Virus record (IMG/VR): IMGVR_UViG_3300033993_001993
DNA from: a virus
Taxonomy: Duplodnaviria > Heunggongvirae > Uroviricota > Caudoviricetes
DNA: 64,000 bases
Reading direction: 5' to 3' (one strand)
Position 1 is the first letter of the stretch, and each line of letters opens with the position of its first letter. A program made the translations under genes and the position numbers. Below, in pieces: positions 47,767 through 56,310 of the stretch. Under the pieces are notes generated by a model that was not told where the DNA came from, ran no database searches, and was given only the letters and a program-made list of their open reading frames with translations.

Positions 47767-48027
47767 TTATACGTTTTTAAATTCTTCTTTCACTAACTCT
47801 ATTTCTTCTTCCAACCTTCTGAGTTCTCTAGCAATCATTTCTTTAATAACCTCTTTGTTATAGAAACTCACCTCACTTGGTGTTCGAAAATGTCCTCCCG
47901 ATGTATAGTTAATTGTTACGTTCAAACCACAACTTTTAAGTGCGGTTTCTAGTTTGTATTTTTGTCTTTCCAACTTTTCAAGGTTTTCTTTAACTTTTTT
48001 TGCCTGTTCAAATTTTTCTAATTCCAT
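47767..48027 (-). CDS. Hypothetical coiled-coil protein
   Basis: 86 aa, Glu/Lys-rich heptads. Confidence 0.3.
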   Translation of the reverse strand: MELEKFEQAKKVKENLEKLERQKYKLETALKSCGLNVTINYTSGGHFRTPSEVSFYNKEVIKEMIARELRRLEEEIELVKEEFKNV

Positions 48028-48036
48028 ATCTTAATT

Positions 48037-48459
48037 TTATACGGTATGTTCAATTTGTACTCTTACACAATTTTGTGGCATTCTATTTAAGTGTCGATAA
48101 TTGTTGATGTATCCCATCATATTACCACTTCCAACAGCGTTTGCCGAATGAACCACAACCTCAACTACAGGTTTACCGTCTAGCCATTGATTAACCAACC
48201 ACTTTGTACAGTCCATACCAGTTTTTTCTGTAATATTATCATAATTGATTGTATAATTTTTCACAACACCATAGTGCCATTCTGCCATCGCACTATCACC
48301 TAAGTCGTGATCCAATGATATTAATTCAATGTTCTCCATTCCGATTGAGTTTACCTTTTGAACGAACTCATCATAAGAACGTACAACGATCCAACTTGGA
48401 TCTACCGGTGTACGAACATCATCTAGGTAAATGCGATAACCTTTTAAATTTTCTCCCAT
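48037..48459 (-). CDS. Hypothetical protein linked to the RNA ligase (possible receiver-like RNA-repair accessory domain)
   Basis: IYLDDVRTP...ISLDHDLG pattern; assignment tentative. Confidence 0.25.
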   Translation of the reverse strand: MGENLKGYRIYLDDVRTPVDPSWIVVRSYDEFVQKVNSIGMENIELISLDHDLGDSAMAEWHYGVVKNYTINYDNITEKTGMDCTKWLVNQWLDGKPVVEVVVHSANAVGSGNMMGYINNYRHLNRMPQNCVRVQIEHTV

Positions 48460-48485
48460 ATTAAATTTTTATAATTTTTTAATTG

Positions 48486-48848
48486 TTATTCAACATCATA
48501 TAAACCATCTTTTTGATCTTCCTCCATCATTTTCACCAAAAGAGCTTTCCTACTATACTTTCTTATTAATTTGAATGTCTCACCGATATCTGTGAAATTG
48601 GATGGTGGGGAATCGTTTCTCACAGGAAGAAATATTAATGTAAACCCGTGATTACCTGCCAACTTTTCTTTTACTCTGATACCACATATTTCATCGATAT
48701 AAACCCAAGGGTAATTCCCGACAAGTTTAACTTCAATTCCAATTTTTTTCAATCTTTCTACAAATACTTTGATCTTATCGCCAGTCAATTTTGTGGGATC
48801 ATTTTCTCTTTCCATATAGGTTCCAAATTTTGTTTCTATTTTTTTCAT
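48486..48848 (-). CDS. Hypothetical protein
   Basis: 120-aa ORF. Confidence 0.3.
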   Translation of the reverse strand: MKKIETKFGTYMERENDPTKLTGDKIKVFVERLKKIGIEVKLVGNYPWVYIDEICGIRVKEKLAGNHGFTLIFLPVRNDSPPSNFTDIGETFKLIRKYSRKALLVKMMEEDQKDGLYDVE

Positions 48849-49066
48849 CTTAATACGTATGAATGAATTACTATTACCAATTCACCATTAACTATTGACC
48901 TATCCTTTTGAATATCGATGTGAGTCATACCGAAATCCTCCTTTAATCGGTTTGATTGGATTTCAACCTCGTGTTCTGCATCTTCTATGTTTTCAAAAAA
49001 CCCAAAATAGGAGTCACAATCCCCTGTCTTATCACACACTCCGTAAATTATCTCTCTTTGACCCAT
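48845..49066 (-). CDS. Small conserved protein, paralog of 46086..46331
   Basis: MGQREIIYGVCDKTGDCDSYFGFF...KDRSIVNGELVIVIHSYVLR. Confidence 0.35.
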   Translation of the reverse strand: MGQREIIYGVCDKTGDCDSYFGFFENIEDAEHEVEIQSNRLKEDFGMTHIDIQKDRSIVNGELVIVIHSYVLR

Positions 49067-49223
49067 AACATTCTAATTTTTTATCTGTAACATTCCACAA
49101 ATCTTTTTTACCGTCAGTCATATGGCAATTGTGTTTCTTACCGGTTTTTTCAGCAAAATTAACAATCATATCGTTATGATGATTTTTAATAAAGTGTGGA
49201 CATTCTTTGCAAGGTTTTTTCAT
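49032..49223 (-). CDS. Small Cys/His-rich protein
   Basis: CKECPHF...CHM. Confidence 0.2.
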   Translation of the reverse strand: MKKPCKECPHFIKNHHNDMIVNFAEKTGKKHNCHMTDGKKDLWNVTDKKLECYGSKRDNLRSV

Positions 49224-49260
49224 AATACAAAGATATGAAAACTATTTTAATAAAACAAAA

Positions 49261-49626
49261 TTATTTTTTAATCGGAGAAGTTCCAACAATTTCAATGGAT
49301 ACCGGAGCAATCCCTCTTTTAATGAAGTCCAATTGTTTTGCGGTGCCGTAAGATAAATCGATTATGTGTTTGGATGACTTTGGTAATCTATCATTAATTT
49401 TAACAAACCTAACCGAATCATTGAGGAGATTGGTAACTTTCACTAAGGTTCCAAACTTAAGAGTTTTATGAGCCCCAAATAAACTATCCTTATGAAACTT
49501 TTCTCCCGACGCGGTTAACCTTCCTGTGTAGTTTTGACCGTAGTAAGAAGCGGTACCTTTGCGTACGTCATTAGGTGTTGTGAACGATAAAGTTATAAGT
49601 AATATGGGTATCAAAAATTTTCTCAT
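49261..49626 (-). CDS. Secreted RlpA-like double-psi beta-barrel protein
   Basis: Signal peptide; GTASYYGQNYTGRLTASGEKF...HKTLKFGTLVKVTNL...VRFVKINDRLP...IIDLSYGTAKQL matches RlpA/expansin-like DPBB blocks. Confidence 0.7.
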   Translation of the reverse strand: MRKFLIPILLITLSFTTPNDVRKGTASYYGQNYTGRLTASGEKFHKDSLFGAHKTLKFGTLVKVTNLLNDSVRFVKINDRLPKSSKHIIDLSYGTAKQLDFIKRGIAPVSIEIVGTSPIKK

Positions 49627-49670
49627 AGTGTAAAAGTATGAAAAAATTGTCGATAAATAAAGGTTTTAGG

Positions 49671-50909
49671 TTATCTCTTAAACTTAAACTCAGTTTCTAA
49701 TTTTGACTTACCGTGTTTTTTATCCATAAGTTTTTGATGTAATTCCCAATTAATTATAGATTCACTAACAGGTTGATCATCTTTAGCCATTGCATAAAGT
49801 TTACCTATTTTCTTCAACATTTTTGTTGCAATATAATTGAAGTTTTCAATTTCATCTTTGAAAAATTGTGTTGTATTACCTTTGTATTTTGAAATGTGGT
49901 TTGCAAACTTGTTTTTCAATTTGTCCATCTTTTTTTCTTCTTCATCGTCAACTAATGATGACCCCATTAAACCCCTAAATAACGATCTAAGTTCGTCTCT
50001 AGAATTACTAGTCATATCAATAAATGTTGACATTTTAGTATTAACTAAATTAATATACACTATTTCCAAAATTCTACGGATTTTTTGTTCCTCAGTAAGT
50101 TCAGACGGGTCCTCATCTATGTGAATAAGAACTTTATCCACCTTATCCATATCGTTACGTAAACCTTCAATAAGTTTCTCAAAAGTGAAATTCTTAATTT
50201 CAAGTAATTCTCTATACACCCTGTTATTACTTAGAAAGTCTTTAAACTGTGATTTTGTAATATTATCAGATTTAAGTTGTGATGCAACTTCAGTTGTTCT
50301 AACTAAATTTTCCGCAATAGTTGTATAATACAAATACCTCATAAAAGTACCGTCAATTATTGGAATACCAAAGCTACCGTAATTATGGGTTGCTCTGTAT
50401 TCAGCGTCTCTACCAATCAAATCAAGTTCTTTTGACTGTTTGTCATATTTGTGTTTTAATTCGTGAGCGATTGATCCCAAATGTTCTGATCTGTCCTCAA
50501 CATACACATCGTAAAGATCACTAGGTTCCCAATTTTCACCAACACCATATGTAATTTCAATTTCCGCGGTCTCTGATTTCTGAATTCTTTTCATCATTAC
50601 TTTTCTATCAAAATGAAAAGATTGACCCATACCCATAGATATAATAACAGGTTTACCTTTTATTTGTTTTGGGTATTCCTCAATATTAACAACAAGTTCA
50701 AAATCTTCGATATTTATTTTCTTTTTATCACCTAATTCAATATCAACCTCATTAGAAAATTCATATTTTTCGTCCTTAGTTGTGATACTTTTTAGATCTT
50801 GTCCGATTAAATCGTATATCTTTTCTGCAGCATCTAAAATAGAATCAGGAACCCCCAAGGCTTCCGTTATAAGTCGTAATTGATTTTCGGTAATGATAAT
50901 GTTTTTCAT
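49671..50909 (-). CDS. Hypothetical protein, N-terminal MKNIIITENQ family
   Basis: 412-aa ORF. Confidence 0.35.
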   Translation of the reverse strand: MKNIIITENQLRLITEALGVPDSILDAAEKIYDLIGQDLKSITTKDEKYEFSNEVDIELGDKKKINIEDFELVVNIEEYPKQIKGKPVIISMGMGQSFHFDRKVMMKRIQKSETAEIEITYGVGENWEPSDLYDVYVEDRSEHLGSIAHELKHKYDKQSKELDLIGRDAEYRATHNYGSFGIPIIDGTFMRYLYYTTIAENLVRTTEVASQLKSDNITKSQFKDFLSNNRVYRELLEIKNFTFEKLIEGLRNDMDKVDKVLIHIDEDPSELTEEQKIRRILEIVYINLVNTKMSTFIDMTSNSRDELRSLFRGLMGSSLVDDEEEKKMDKLKNKFANHISKYKGNTTQFFKDEIENFNYIATKMLKKIGKLYAMAKDDQPVSESIINWELHQKLMDKKHGKSKLETEFKFKR

Positions 50910-50935
50910 ACTAATAAATATATTGGAGTTGTAGT

Positions 50936-51592
50936 TTATCCTACAACCCCAATGATATCATCTAGGTGGTGATCATTCTCTATTTCAGACACTATAGTTC
51001 TTTTGTCCATCATATGAACAATCTCAGTAAGACTATATGGTTGGAGGTTATTTCCGTCCACCCCAACATCTAATCTTTTACCGTTACCCCATTTTCTACT
51101 TGCCGGTAAGTGTACGTGTCCGTGAAGGTGAATAACACCTTTATTTAAACCATTCCAACTCGCAAATGGATAGTGAGTCATCACAAAATTTGCACCATTT
51201 ATACTTACCTGAAGGTAGTCACTAACAGATAAGAACATATCTTTTATGTTCTCTCTGTTATTTCTAATGTGGTGATCGTGATTTCCCAATACTAAGTGGA
51301 TATTTTTACATATCAATCGGTCCAAGAATATTTTAATAAATTCAAACCCACCAAATGCAATATCACCTAACATTATTAATGTATCATCCTGACCTACATT
51401 GGAGTTAATGTTGTCAACTAACGTGTTGTTCATCTGATCCAGAGTGTTGAAGTCTCTCGTACTATCCACAGGAACTTTCCCGTCCGTCGTTCTCCATTCC
51501 GTCACACCTCTACAGATATTTTTATGGTTATAGTGGGGATCTGATGTAATCCATACTCTACCTGTTGTTAATATTTTATCAAATTTCATCAT
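50936..51592 (-). CDS. Calcineurin-type metallophosphoesterase (RNA end-healing phosphatase candidate)
   Basis: ITSDPHYNH, LGDIAFGG, VLGNHDHH and HLHGHVH motifs; ATGA overlap with the upstream kinase gene. Confidence 0.7.
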   Translation of the reverse strand: MMKFDKILTTGRVWITSDPHYNHKNICRGVTEWRTTDGKVPVDSTRDFNTLDQMNNTLVDNINSNVGQDDTLIMLGDIAFGGFEFIKIFLDRLICKNIHLVLGNHDHHIRNNRENIKDMFLSVSDYLQVSINGANFVMTHYPFASWNGLNKGVIHLHGHVHLPASRKWGNGKRLDVGVDGNNLQPYSLTEIVHMMDKRTIVSEIENDHHLDDIIGVVG

Positions 51593-52032
51593 ATCTTAAT
51601 TTCAAAACGATCTCTCATTTTAGTTAATACTTCTTCAGGAACATCGTGTTGATTAATTCCTCCGTGTCTGTTTTCAACGACTATTGAGAATACTTTATAC
51701 CCGTATGTCTTCGCTAATTCAAAATAAGGTTCCATCTCCCACTCTTGTGTAAATGTGTTAGAAACTACAACAGGAGAATGTTCCAATCTCATTAAGAAAT
51801 CCATTTCTTCTTGACACCATTGATGAGCATCCTTTATTTTTGATGGTTCAAAATTGTAATTACCATCACTATCAACAAAAAACATATCCGCCTCTTTATG
51901 ACAATAATCTTTCTTCACTAATGATTTTGCAAATGTTGATTTACCTGAACCAGGAATTCCACGAACGATGTATAATATTTTTTCCATAGGACAAAGATAA
52001 TAAAAAAAATTGCATAAAAAAAGGGAGATCAC
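51589..52032 (-). CDS. Polynucleotide 5'-kinase-like P-loop protein (T4 Pnk kinase-domain type)
   Basis: IVRGIPGSGKSTFAKSL Walker A; VVVSNTFTQEW...GYKVFSIVVEN parallels T4 Pnk VIISDTNLNPE...GWKVEHKVFDV. Confidence 0.7.
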   Translation of the reverse strand: MISLFLCNFFYYLCPMEKILYIVRGIPGSGKSTFAKSLVKKDYCHKEADMFFVDSDGNYNFEPSKIKDAHQWCQEEMDFLMRLEHSPVVVSNTFTQEWEMEPYFELAKTYGYKVFSIVVENRHGGINQHDVPEEVLTKMRDRFEIKI

Positions 52033-52038
52033 TCTCCC
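52016..52038 (-). terminator. Rho-independent terminator (GGGAGA-tcac-TCTCCC + T7)
   Basis: Downstream of the 52059..52277 stop on the minus strand. Confidence 0.55.
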
Positions 52039-52058
52039 TTTGTAAATTACTTTTAAAG

Positions 52059-52277
52059 TTATATTCTAAATGTTCTAATACCTAAGTGTTTTTCAATAGC
52101 ATTTTTAGTATTATTACCACATATACCATCTTCGGATAAACCAGCATTAAAACATTTATTTAATGATGCTTGAATAGCCCTAACCTCATCATTTGTTTGT
52201 TCCATAATAAGTGCTGATTCAACAAGATTTTGTCTTAATTTACTATATTGTTCTTTAGTTAATTTAATTTTGCTCAT
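52059..52277 (-). CDS. Small peptidoglycan-binding-domain-like protein
   Basis: IQASLNKCFNAGLSEDGICGNNTKNAIEKHLG resembles the PG_binding_1 repeat. Confidence 0.3.
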   Translation of the reverse strand: MSKIKLTKEQYSKLRQNLVESALIMEQTNDEVRAIQASLNKCFNAGLSEDGICGNNTKNAIEKHLGIRTFRI

Positions 52278-52301
52278 TTTATATTTTTTTTAAATGTTTT
52301 A

Positions 52302-53237
52302 TTAGTTAGCCCAATTTTTAATATTGTCTTGAGATATTTTTGTATCAACTTTTTGATCTTGAGTGGCTCTCCAATCATCCGCAAATTGTTCTTCATCTTG
52401 TGATCCACCACCACCAACAACTGAACAACCTTTAGATTTTAACGCTTTTAATGCCTCTTGGTAGTCAAATCCATATCTATCACCTCTTCCACCTCCTCCA
52501 CCAGGAATAACAGGTGGGTTTGTATTGTCAACAGGTGGTTTTGTACCATCAGATGTCTTTTTATTACATTTCCATCCGGATTTTTTCCATGCCTCAACAC
52601 TACTAAAACCACATTTTTTAGCTTTATCTAAGTAAAAATTTTTATTTGCCTTTTTAGTGTTACTTATAAGGGTAGTGATTGGTAACCAAACGTGACTTCT
52701 CCAATCGTCATCACCATCAATGTCACCGTCTAAAGCGTCATATAATGTTTCTCCACGTCTCCTATAATATAATGAAGCCATCTTACATAAATCAGGTATT
52801 GTCAATAATTTATTTAAATTTCTTTCTATCCCTTCAAGATTTGTATTTCCAAGTCCAGCAACCGCAGAATATATATTATCAGCAATGTCCGTTAATGCCC
52901 CGTCAGAATTTTTTGTTTTCCCCAAATTACCTTTTTGAGTTCTACATTTTTTTAGAACTCCAAGTACGTTATCCGCAGCACCTCCACCAGTTGTGAACCA
53001 ACCAGCAACACCACCAACAACGGTACCTACTACAGCACCAATAGCCGTTCCAACAACAGGAACAATACTACCTACCGCAGCACCTGTTGCGGCTCCAGCT
53101 CCCGCACCAGCAGCAACTCTACCAATATCTTGGCCGGTATCTTCACTTATATTTTCTCTTTCTTCTTGAATTTTTTTCTTATGTAGAGTAAGAATACGTT
53201 TAGATTCTTCCTCCGTTAATACAAATTTCTTCTCCAT
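52302..53237 (-). CDS. Gly/Ala-rich glycine-zipper membrane protein
   Basis: GAGAGAATGAAVGSIVPVVGTAIGAVVGTVVGGVAGW segment and polyglycine stretches. Confidence 0.3.
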   Translation of the reverse strand: MEKKFVLTEEESKRILTLHKKKIQEERENISEDTGQDIGRVAAGAGAGAATGAAVGSIVPVVGTAIGAVVGTVVGGVAGWFTTGGGAADNVLGVLKKCRTQKGNLGKTKNSDGALTDIADNIYSAVAGLGNTNLEGIERNLNKLLTIPDLCKMASLYYRRRGETLYDALDGDIDGDDDWRSHVWLPITTLISNTKKANKNFYLDKAKKCGFSSVEAWKKSGWKCNKKTSDGTKPPVDNTNPPVIPGGGGGRGDRYGFDYQEALKALKSKGCSVVGGGGSQDEEQFADDWRATQDQKVDTKISQDNIKNWAN

Positions 53238-53283
53238 AGTGTATTTTTTTTATTATATAAATATACGGCAAATAAAAAAAGGT

Positions 53284-53308
53284 GAGATTTCTCTCACCTT
53301 AATTTTGG
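53284..53308 (-). terminator. Rho-independent terminator (GGTGAGA-tttc-TCTCACC + T7)
   Basis: Downstream of the 53363..53800 stop. Confidence 0.55.
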
Positions 53309-53362
53309 GTCAACAAGGATTTGTTGACGACTCCACCACCTTATTTTTATAGTATAAGGAAA

Positions 53363-53800
53363 CTATTGTTTGTACATCCAAATTTTAATAACAGATTCAC
53401 TTGTAAAAATATCATTAAATTGTTTATTCAAAATATTACCACTTGTTAAGTTATACTCAACCAAATTACAACTTATATGTCCCCAAGGTGTGTTATTTAA
53501 ATTCAACTTATATCCTGTTGGTGTTGAATAAATCCCGTATGTTGACTGAACCCCGTTGAACGAGTACGTTGTGTTAGTAATAAACTTTAATGTATCAGAT
53601 CTCATTTCTTCACTAAGGTCTGTGTTTAACACTTTACCAATCACCCAAGTTGTATTCTTTATAGTTACCGTAGAATCGACCAAAGTTGGGTTCGTAATAA
53701 TTGGTTGTGGTGCAATTGGTTGTTGAGGTCTTATTTCTTGTTTGACACAAGAACTCATCACCAACATAATACCGATAAAATAAATCAAACTCTTCATCAT
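53363..53800 (-). CDS. Lipoprotein
   Basis: MMKSLIYFIGIMLVMSSCVKQ. Confidence 0.35.
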   Translation of the reverse strand: MMKSLIYFIGIMLVMSSCVKQEIRPQQPIAPQPIITNPTLVDSTVTIKNTTWVIGKVLNTDLSEEMRSDTLKFITNTTYSFNGVQSTYGIYSTPTGYKLNLNNTPWGHISCNLVEYNLTSGNILNKQFNDIFTSESVIKIWMYKQ

Positions 53801-54072
53801 ACTAAACTTTCAATTTTGTTTCTAACTTGCTCACTCAAACTTATTTCAGACACATTTGTGATTACCACAGAATCTTTTAAAATCTTATGTGGTATGTGAA
53901 CCAAAAATGTGTTACCATCAAAGTAAGATAAATCTTCTTTTAAGTTCAACGCCCCATCCACCATCTTTAAGAAGATCTTAAACTGAATTGGGTCAACAAA
54001 AGATTCAGAAAGTAATGTTCCGAATTTTTCGTTCATAATTCTAATGTTGTGATTGAATGTTAATTTTACCAT
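53797..54072 (-). CDS. Hypothetical protein
   Basis: 91-aa ORF. Confidence 0.3.
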   Translation of the reverse strand: MVKLTFNHNIRIMNEKFGTLLSESFVDPIQFKIFLKMVDGALNLKEDLSYFDGNTFLVHIPHKILKDSVVITNVSEISLSEQVRNKIESLV

Positions 54073-54497
54073 CTGTGATTTATTTCTACAAATATAGTGA
54101 ATCTTTTCTAATGAAAAAAATATTTAGAACTTTTTTTATGATATTTATCAATATGAAAGTTAAAATAAATGATAATCTTTTTAATGTTAAAACCGTAATA
54201 ACGTCAAAGGACACTCAGAATGGTATGATGAATCGTAAATTTAATGATTCCTATGATGGTATGTTATTCTTTATGGAAAACGGACCACACTCTTTCTGGA
54301 TGAAAAATTGTGTGGTTCATTTAGATATCATTTTTATTAACGATGATGTTATCACAAAAATACATCACAACTGCAAACCTTGCCTATCTGACGATTGTAA
54401 CCACTACGAAGGTAATGGTGAAATGGTTTTAGAGTTACAAGGAGGTGATTGTAAAAAATATGGTATTAAAGAAGGTGATACAATATCGTTACTTTAA
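54057..54497 (+). CDS. DUF192 (COG1430) family protein; true start probably 54111 or 54153
   Basis: DGMLFFMENGPHSFWMKNCVVHLDIIFIND...VLELQGGDCKKYGIKEGDTI matches the DUF192 core. Confidence 0.5.
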   Translation: MLILPSVIYFYKYSESFLMKKIFRTFFMIFINMKVKINDNLFNVKTVITSKDTQNGMMNRKFNDSYDGMLFFMENGPHSFWMKNCVVHLDIIFINDDVITKIHHNCKPCLSDDCNHYEGNGEMVLELQGGDCKKYGIKEGDTISLL

Positions 54498-54692
54498 CGA
54501 ATCAAAGAATTGTTGTACCGGATCACCACCAGATAATTCATCATCTTCCGAATCCATTTCTACTTCTTTACCACCTAACAAATTACCAAAAATGCTTGAC
54601 GAATCTTTAGTTGGTTTTTTAGTGTCTTCGCCATCCTCAACCTGTTCTACAATCTTTTTAAATTGTTTTTCTGTTATTAAATAATTTTTCAT
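54489..54692 (-). CDS. Small acidic protein, N-terminal MKNYLITEKQ family
   Basis: 67-aa ORF. Confidence 0.3.
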   Translation of the reverse strand: MKNYLITEKQFKKIVEQVEDGEDTKKPTKDSSSIFGNLLGGKEVEMDSEDDELSGGDPVQQFFDSLK

Positions 54693-54704
54693 CTACTATA
54701 AATA

Positions 54705-55556
54705 TCACTCACTTTCGATTTTAACTTTTGTTTTTTCATCAACAAAAACCTGAACCCTTCCTCGAGCAACTTCGGCATAGTTTGGACTTAACTCTATACC
54801 CAACCATCTACGATCTAAAATTTCAGCCGCCACCAAACTTGTACCTGACCCAGCAAATGGATCCAAAACTACATCGTTCTTGTATGATAATATCTTGATC
54901 GCTTTTGTTGGGATGTCCATTGAGAAGGTTGCCTTGGTGAGTGACTTTGTATCTGCAAAGTAATTCCACTGGCCAAAAACAAGCTCCATAAACTCTTTCT
55001 TATCAGTTTCTTCATAGACCTTTTTATTCCTTTTTGTTCCATCTTCATTTTCAATTTCAGTTAATTCACCCATCCATTGTGGTTGACCTTTAATCTTTTT
55101 AATGTGTTGTTTCTTATATGCCAATATCACACACTCCTTAGGGTTATAAATATACGGACTTGATGGACTCATCCAAGATCCCCAAGCTGTTGTCTTGCTT
55201 CTATGTGGAGATTGTTCCTCAAGGTCAACGATCCCAAAGAACCCATAACCAATCTCTTTCATAATTTGCCACATTTCAGAAACAAAGAAAATTCTTCCAC
55301 CCTTTTTCTGTCTATTAATCTCGTAAGGGATGTTCAACGCAATACGACCATCATCTTTTAACAATCTATACGCTTCACTTAACCAATTTTTGGCAAACTT
55401 TACATACTCTTCAAACTCAACATCATCTTCGTGTACGTCGTAAGCAATCCCCACACCATAAGGTGGTGATGTTACGATTAGATCCACAGATCCTTCCGGT
55501 AATGTTTTCATTACTTCGGTACAATCTCCATTTATTATTTTTCCTGTTTCTATCAT
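54705..55556 (-). CDS. DNA methyltransferase (beta-class N6A/N4C; motif order IV then I)
   Basis: DLIVTSPPYGV (motif IV DPPY type) precedes VLDPFAGSGTSLVAA (motif I). Confidence 0.8.
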   Translation of the reverse strand: MIETGKIINGDCTEVMKTLPEGSVDLIVTSPPYGVGIAYDVHEDDVEFEEYVKFAKNWLSEAYRLLKDDGRIALNIPYEINRQKKGGRIFFVSEMWQIMKEIGYGFFGIVDLEEQSPHRSKTTAWGSWMSPSSPYIYNPKECVILAYKKQHIKKIKGQPQWMGELTEIENEDGTKRNKKVYEETDKKEFMELVFGQWNYFADTKSLTKATFSMDIPTKAIKILSYKNDVVLDPFAGSGTSLVAAEILDRRWLGIELSPNYAEVARGRVQVFVDEKTKVKIESE

Positions 55557-55567
55557 TCCCTAATTAA

Positions 55568-55774
55568 TTACGCTATTGTTTCTAAATAATCCCACACTTC
55601 ATTTGAGAACTCCTCAAAAAGGTCTCCATCCTCATCATTTGATAAATCAACAATGAATTCATCGACACAAAAGTCTACAATTATTTCGTGAACTTCTCCT
55701 AATGTTTGTTCGTCATTTTTTAATCCCTCATATTGATTAAGGATCTGATTTTTTTGTTCTTCCGTTAATTTCAT
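55568..55774 (-). CDS. Hypothetical small acidic protein
   Basis: 68-aa ORF. Confidence 0.25.
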   Translation of the reverse strand: MKLTEEQKNQILNQYEGLKNDEQTLGEVHEIIVDFCVDEFIVDLSNDEDGDLFEEFSNEVWDYLETIA

Positions 55775-55779
55775 TTTAC

Positions 55780-56001
55780 TTAAATTATTGATGTTATTGC
55801 TTGAGCTAATTTATAACCTGTGAATGCACCTATTGCTGCCGATCCCGGTAAAACAATAAACTTACCCAACATAGTTTCATATTTCTTCCTATTAACAATA
55901 TAAGAAATTAATATGTAATAGACAATGTAGTTAATTAAAACCAAAAAGTCCAGTTCTTTCGCCACAAACACAACGATTGAGTTTCCAAGGAATCCCCACA
56001 T
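55780..56001 (-). CDS. Small membrane protein
   Basis: Internal start MWGFLGNSIVVFV chosen to avoid the 100-nt overlap with the DUF3310 gene. Confidence 0.25.
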   Translation of the reverse strand: MWGFLGNSIVVFVAKELDFLVLINYIVYYILISYIVNRKKYETMLGKFIVLPGSAAIGAFTGYKLAQAITSII

Positions 56002-56071
56002 AAAATTAATGAGAGTTTCACGGATTAACTCACCCGGAGTTGTGATGGCGTCTAATATACTAATCTCTCTA

Positions 56072-56305
56072 TCAAGACCTGTCTTTTTCGAGTGTCTCGA
56101 TGTGGTGTTGAAGGTACCATTGGGCTTTCCTGAGGTCCTCGAGTTCTTTATCTTTTCCTTTTTTTCCTGCACGTGATATATATTTTACCGTATTTCCTAA
56201 TGAGAATCCTAATTCCCAAGCATCAATAACTTTGATTGACTCATAAGGGTTATTTTCACCACCATAATGATTTGGGTGATTTACTTGTTCGTTATTATTT
56301 TCCAT
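56072..56305 (-). CDS. DUF3310 family phage protein
   Basis: NHPNHYGG...ESIKVIDAW...FSLGNTVKYISRAG.K.......EDLRKAQWYL is the DUF3310 signature. Confidence 0.6.
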   Translation of the reverse strand: MENNNEQVNHPNHYGGENNPYESIKVIDAWELGFSLGNTVKYISRAGKKGKDKELEDLRKAQWYLQHHIETLEKDRS

Positions 56306-56310
56306 TTTAA

